Below, piece after piece: positions 40,538 through 45,060 of a DNA stretch of 45,060 bases (the stretch's first letter is position 1; each line of letters opens with the position of its first letter). A program made the position numbers and the translations under genes. The notes below the pieces were generated by a model. It was not told the origin of the DNA. It searched no databases and worked only from the letters and a program-made list of their open reading frames with translations. This stretch comes from a virus (taxonomy: Duplodnaviria; Heunggongvirae; Uroviricota; Caudoviricetes), in IMG/VR virus record IMGVR_UViG_2718217795_000003. One strand, written 5' to 3'.

Positions 40538-42943
40538 ATGGCAGCAGTAAAAATCTCAGGTGTGCTGAAAGATGGTGCGGGAAAACCAATACAGAACTGC
40601 ACTATTCAACTGAAGGCAAAGCGTAACAGCACCACGGTACTGGTGAACACGGTGGCTTCTGAAAATCCGGATGAAGCCGGACGTTACAGCATGGATGTTG
40701 AGTATGGCCAGTACAGCGTCACCCTGCTGGTTGAAGGTTTTCCGCCTTCACATGCCGGGACCATTACCGTCTATGAAGGCTCCAGACCAGGTACGCTGAA
40801 TGATTTTCTCGGTGCCATGACGGAAGATGATGTCATGCCGGAGGCATTGCGTCGTTTTGAGGCAATGGTGGAAGAAGTGGCACGCAACGCCGAAGCCGCC
40901 TCTCAGAGCGCAGCGGCGGCAAAGAAATCCGAAACTGCAGCGGCATCATCAAAGAACGCGGCGAAAACCTCAGAAACGAATGCAGCTAATAGTGCACAGG
41001 CGGCAGCGACCTCAAAGACTGCATCGGCAAACTCCGCGACAGCAGCCAAAAAATCAGAAACCAACGCGAAAAATAGCGAGACAGCCGCAAAGACGAGCGA
41101 AACCAACGCAAAGTCCAGCCAGACGGCAGCGAAAACCAGCGAAACGAATGCCAAAGCCAGTGAAACTGCGGCAAAAAACAGCCAGGTTGCAGCAGCCCAA
41201 AGCGAGAGCGCGGCAGCCGGTTCTGCGACTTCAGCAGCTGGATCAGCAACTGCTGCGGCTAACAGCCAGAAAGCTGCGAAGACGAGTGAAACTAACGCAA
41301 AGTCCAGCCAGACGGCAGCGAAGACCAGCGAAACGAATGCCAAAGCCAGTGAAACTGCGGCGAAAAGCAGTCAGGATGCAGCGGCCCAAAGCGAGAGTGC
41401 CGCAGCCAGTTCTGCAAGCGCGGCGGCTGCTTCTGCCACTGCATCAGCCAACAGTCAAAAAGCAGCAAAAACCAGTGAAACCAACGCAAAGGCGAGCGAG
41501 ACTGCGGCGGCGAACTCGGCGCAAGCATCGGCAGCAAGCCAGACAGCAGCTAAAGCAAGTGAAGACGCAGCCAGAGAGTATGCAAGCCAGGCAGCGGAGC
41601 CGTATAAACAAGTTTTGCAGCCGTTGCCCGATGTGTGGATACCGTTTAATGATTCACTGGATATGATTACGGGCTTTTCGCCATCATATAAAAAAATTGT
41701 TATTGGCGACGATGAAATAACAATGCCTGGCGACAAGATTGTAAAGTTTAAACGCGCATCGAAAGCAACTTACATTAATAAATCTGGTGTGCTGACAGAG
41801 GCTGCCATTGACGAGCCACGATTTGAACGTGATGGCCTGCTTATTGAGGGGCAAAGAACTAACCTGCTAATCAATTCAACAAATCCGACTAAATGGAACA
41901 AGTCGTCAAATATGATCTTAAGTGCATCAGGTGTAGATGATTTCGGATTCCAGTACGCAAAATTTACATTAAAACCAGAAATGGTAGGGCAAATTTCAGC
42001 GATTAACATAGTAACCGTTTCCGGCAGTAAAGGTTTTGATGTAACAGGCGGAGAAAAGTATGTAACCATATCATGCAGGGTGCAAAGTGGCACTCCAAAT
42101 TTAAGATGCCGATTACGATTTGAAAACTATGATGGTTCTACCTACACATTCTTAGGTGACGCTTACTTAAATACGACAGATTTATCTATTGATAAGACGG
42201 GTGGTGCCGCTAATCGCATTACTGCAAGGGCTGTTAAAGATGAAGCAAGCAAATGGATCTTTTTTGAGGCGACAATTAAGGCACTTGATACAGAAAATAT
42301 GATAGGTGGAATGGTTCAGTATGCCCCGGCAAAAGGAGTGGGCACTGGCGCGGATGATTATATTTATATTGCGACCCCTCAAGTTGAAGGTGGGGCGTGC
42401 GCTTCATCGTTTATTATAACAGGCGCATCCCCTGTAACACGCGCCAGCGATATTGTAACGGTCCCCATTTCTCTAAATTGGTGCAATCCCGCTATTAGTT
42501 CATTAGCAGAAGTTAATACCAATTGGGATGAATCGCCAAACAAAGAAGGTAGCGCACGTATTCTTAATATTTCCACTACGGGAGATACAACTGAAATTGC
42601 AGATGAAAGTTATATGTATTTGGGGTATACATCTTTGGGAGCACGCGCAATCATTACAAATGGTAAAGGCACTAAAATAGAATATAAAAGCGTTATAGAA
42701 CGACCAGAGAGAAAAAGCATTATCGGCTTTAGATTCACAGAAAGTCGAGAATTGTGTGTTGTGGTTAACGGTAATATTGGTGCTAAGGTGGTTTCTCCTT
42801 ATAAAAAACACAAATATACAGGAGGCTTCATTAATATTGGTGGTCAATCATCATCCGGCAACCGTCACCTATTTGGACACGTTCGAAATCTGCGTATTTG
42901 GCACAAGGCATTGACTGATGCTCAGATGGGGGAGTCAATCTAA
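40538..42943 (+). CDS. stf: Side tail fibre protein with Ala/Ser/Thr-rich repeat shaft and distinct AT-rich C-terminal (LamG-like) receptor-binding region
   Basis: N-terminus MAAVKISGVLKDGAGKPIQNCTIQLKA... lambda Stf-like; internal tandem repeats; composition switches to AT-rich near 41600; C-terminus ...GHVRNLRIWHKALTDAQM. Confidence 0.85.
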   Translation: MAAVKISGVLKDGAGKPIQNCTIQLKAKRNSTTVLVNTVASENPDEAGRYSMDVEYGQYSVTLLVEGFPPSHAGTITVYEGSRPGTLNDFLGAMTEDDVMPEALRRFEAMVEEVARNAEAASQSAAAAKKSETAAASSKNAAKTSETNAANSAQAAATSKTASANSATAAKKSETNAKNSETAAKTSETNAKSSQTAAKTSETNAKASETAAKNSQVAAAQSESAAAGSATSAAGSATAAANSQKAAKTSETNAKSSQTAAKTSETNAKASETAAKSSQDAAAQSESAAASSASAAAASATASANSQKAAKTSETNAKASETAAANSAQASAASQTAAKASEDAAREYASQAAEPYKQVLQPLPDVWIPFNDSLDMITGFSPSYKKIVIGDDEITMPGDKIVKFKRASKATYINKSGVLTEAAIDEPRFERDGLLIEGQRTNLLINSTNPTKWNKSSNMILSASGVDDFGFQYAKFTLKPEMVGQISAINIVTVSGSKGFDVTGGEKYVTISCRVQSGTPNLRCRLRFENYDGSTYTFLGDAYLNTTDLSIDKTGGAANRITARAVKDEASKWIFFEATIKALDTENMIGGMVQYAPAKGVGTGADDYIYIATPQVEGGACASSFIITGASPVTRASDIVTVPISLNWCNPAISSLAEVNTNWDESPNKEGSARILNISTTGDTTEIADESYMYLGYTSLGARAIITNGKGTKIEYKSVIERPERKSIIGFRFTESRELCVVVNGNIGAKVVSPYKKHKYTGGFINIGGQSSSGNRHLFGHVRNLRIWHKALTDAQMGESI
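41040..41480 (+). repeat. Tandem approximately 189-bp coding repeat within stf
   Basis: AAGTCCAGCCAGACGGCAGCGAA(A/G)ACCAGCGAAACGAATGCCAAAGCCAGTGAAACTGCGGC recurs at 41111 and 41300 (offset 189 bp); protein repeats of KTSETNAK(A/S)S(E/Q)TAAK. Confidence 0.8.
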
Positions 42944-43224
42944 TGAAAGATTTAACACTCAAATTTGCCGACAGGGCCGATTTTTCGGCCTTTATGGGAA
43001 GTATTGGCTATTATAATGACGAGTCGATGCAGGATGATATTCTGATTGATGTGATAGGTAACGTGTACAAAGAAACCGGAGAGCTGACTGAAGATGGCGA
43101 ACCGGTATGTGTTAAGGAAGATGGATATTTTGTAAACGTGCGCATCATTAAGGATACGCAAATATCGTCATTATTCGATGAATACGCGGTTGCTGTTGAG
43201 CATCAACTTCGTGGCTGGATGTGA
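42943..43224 (+). CDS. Hypothetical protein (possible fibre-associated chaperone)
   Basis: 93-aa ORF, ATG overlapping the stf stop; acidic; not Tfa-like. Confidence 0.4.
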   Translation: MKDLTLKFADRADFSAFMGSIGYYNDESMQDDILIDVIGNVYKETGELTEDGEPVCVKEDGYFVNVRIIKDTQISSLFDEYAVAVEHQLRGWM

Positions 43225-43233
43225 GGTAGAGAA

Positions 43234-43938
43234 ATGGCTACATCAACAGTAATTCCGGGAGACATCACCACGCTGAAGGGAGATGTTAGTAAAGCAAAGG
43301 AAGATATTTCCTCTATTAACGGAAAAGTATCAACGCTTCAGACTGATATGGCCAGTGCAAAGCAGGATATCAGCACCAGATACACAAAAACTGAAGTTGA
43401 TAATAAGCTGAAAAACAAAGTGGAAGTGAACGATCTGGAAAGTGGTCGTTATGGCGGAGATTTTTACCCGCTGACTGGCCGTGAAGCGTTTTATTTATGG
43501 GGATTGGGCACAACTACAGCGGCGGCAAATCTTTATCTTAATCCTGACCCTGCAATTTCGTCTGTGCTGCGGTCAACATCGTCTATCCGCTATAAACATT
43601 CAGTAGAGACGATAGATTCAGAGCACGCCGATCTCATTTTCAGGATGCGCCCTGTGTGGTACAGGTCGCAATGCGAAAATGACAGGCGTGACTGGGGATT
43701 CTATGGATTGATTGCCGAGGAAGTTGGAGAAATTGCCCCTCAGTTTGTTCACTGGCGACCAGCCAACGAAGATGATGCACCGGAAACCATTTCCAGCAAT
43801 GGCCTTGTTGCCGAAGGTGTAATGTACGAACGTCTGGTTGTTCCACTGATTCACCATATCCAGAAGCTGACTGAAAGAGTTGATGAACTTGAGTCAGAAT
43901 TAAAGTTGTTATCCGTTTCCCGAAGCGATATCGGATAA
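43234..43938 (+). CDS. Short fibre-like protein with C-terminal intramolecular-chaperone (peptidase S74-like) domain
   Basis: 234 aa; N-terminal coiled-coil; motif S-S-I-R-Y-K (Ser..Arg.Lys spacing as in the SDxRxK autoproteolysis motif of endosialidase-type chaperone domains) followed by GLIAEEV...NGLVAEGVMYERLVVPLIHHIQKL. Confidence 0.55.
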   Translation: MATSTVIPGDITTLKGDVSKAKEDISSINGKVSTLQTDMASAKQDISTRYTKTEVDNKLKNKVEVNDLESGRYGGDFYPLTGREAFYLWGLGTTTAAANLYLNPDPAISSVLRSTSSIRYKHSVETIDSEHADLIFRMRPVWYRSQCENDRRDWGFYGLIAEEVGEIAPQFVHWRPANEDDAPETISSNGLVAEGVMYERLVVPLIHHIQKLTERVDELESELKLLSVSRSDIG

Positions 43939-43948
43939 AGGAGGCGTA

Positions 43949-44242
43949 ATGGATATAACACCTTTCCTTCATGCACTTTGTGCTGTGGCTGCGCAGGTAC
44001 TGGTTGGTCTTTTTACCGGAAACTGGGCTTACGGGGCGATAGCTGGTTGTACGTTCTTCATTGCGCGTGAACATACCCAGGCAGAATATCGCTGGATTGA
44101 AATGTTCGGGCATGGCAAGCGTATGAATATGCCGTGGTGGGGCGGTTTTGATCCGCGTGCGTGGGATGTGGCAAGCCTGATGGATTTTGCTGTGCCGGTG
44201 GTGGCGTGTCTGCTGGTCTGGCTGTTGGTTAATCGTGGGTGA
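43949..44242 (+). CDS. Small membrane protein (possible Cor-like superinfection-exclusion function)
   Basis: 97 aa with two hydrophobic segments; positioned directly downstream of the tail-fibre genes. Functional call is by position only. Confidence 0.45.
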   Translation: MDITPFLHALCAVAAQVLVGLFTGNWAYGAIAGCTFFIAREHTQAEYRWIEMFGHGKRMNMPWWGGFDPRAWDVASLMDFAVPVVACLLVWLLVNRG

Positions 44243-44469
44243 AAAAAGGTGAGCTGTATATGCAACGGAGGAAGAAACCTCGTTGCGGGAAGCCTTGAAG
44301 AAGTATCGGGTGTTGCTGAACCGTGTTGATACGTCAACTGCACAGGATATTGAATGGCCAGCACTGCCGTAGGGTAAAACATATAAATTCTATAATTAGA
44401 TGTATCTTTCCATTTACGGCAAGGAAGGGGGCTTGGAAGACGTAAGGCATCTCACACCGAGATTATTTT

Positions 44470-45060
44470 TTATATGTCAGGTGTCTGAAGTTTTGCTTTG
44501 GCTCTTAAAATGGTTTGCCGCGAGGTTTTGAATTCCCGGGCAATGGCACTTATACTTACACCTGACTTAATCCGTTCGAATACCACCTGTTTCTGTTCTT
44601 CATTTAACACAGGTGGTCGACCAAAACGTTTCCCTGCGCCCCGGGCTCTTACTATCCCGGAATGAGTGCGTTCAAGTAAAAGGTCTCGTTCAAATTCAGC
44701 GACTGCTGAAATTACTTGCATCATCATTTTTCCTGTTGGACTGGTCAGGTCAATGCCCCCCAATGCTAAGCAATGCACTCTGATACCTGTTTCGGTCAGT
44801 TGTTCCACTGTTTTCCTGATATCCATTGCATTACAACCAAGGCGATCCAGTTTTGTCACAATCAATTGATCACCACATTTCAGGCGAGCAAGCAACCGGT
44901 TAAAACCAGGACGCTCACTGGTTGCTGCTGAGCCGCTAATGTGTTCTTCGATTATTTGCTGAGGTTTGATTTTAAAACCTGCACTTTCGATTTCCCGGCG
45001 TTGATTTTCGGTGGTCTGATCCAGCGTTGATATCCGACAGTAAGCAAAAATTCGAGACAT
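44470..45060 (-). CDS. pin: Serine recombinase, Pin/Gin/Hin-family DNA invertase
   Basis: [20 protein letters not shown]... N-terminal resolvase catalytic domain with Ser in YCRIS; C-terminal HTH; starts exactly at the window edge (45060). Confidence 0.9.

Noticed and set aside
40827-41666. 279-aa Arg/Gln/Pro-rich ORF on the + strand
   Set aside because: Alternative frame of the repetitive stf shaft; composition is an artefact of GC-rich repeat DNA.

Overview
The window is almost entirely one lambdoid prophage of an enterobacterial (E. coli-like) host, read left to right: integrase and excisionase (- strand), a RecE-like exonuclease, small early genes, a RacR-like repressor with divergent Cro-like/YdaT-like genes, a replication gene, a nin-like accessory region (orphan 595-aa gene, Hok toxin, DUF968 protein), antiterminator Q with its terminator, a moron island (Blc lipocalin, frameshifted YbgA-like gene, AppY-like AraC regulator), a lysis cassette (S21-type pinholin, SAR endolysin, Rz/Rz1), cold-shock and GnsB-like genes, terminase, portal, fused protease-capsid, lambda-like tail genes Z through J, lom, side tail fiber, three fibre-associated genes and a Pin-family invertase at the right edge. 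No rRNA, tRNA or CRISPR array was seen. Protein identifications come from reading the translations against remembered family signatures, not from database searches. The best candidate for an undescribed system is the 595-aa reverse-oriented orphan gene (8836..10623) carrying a C-terminal Rx4H (HEPN-like) motif, together with a Shine-Dalgarno-led 29-codon hydrophobic peptide just upstream of hok. Secondary points of interest are the moron island between Q and the lysis genes and the non-standard gene set between stf and pin.
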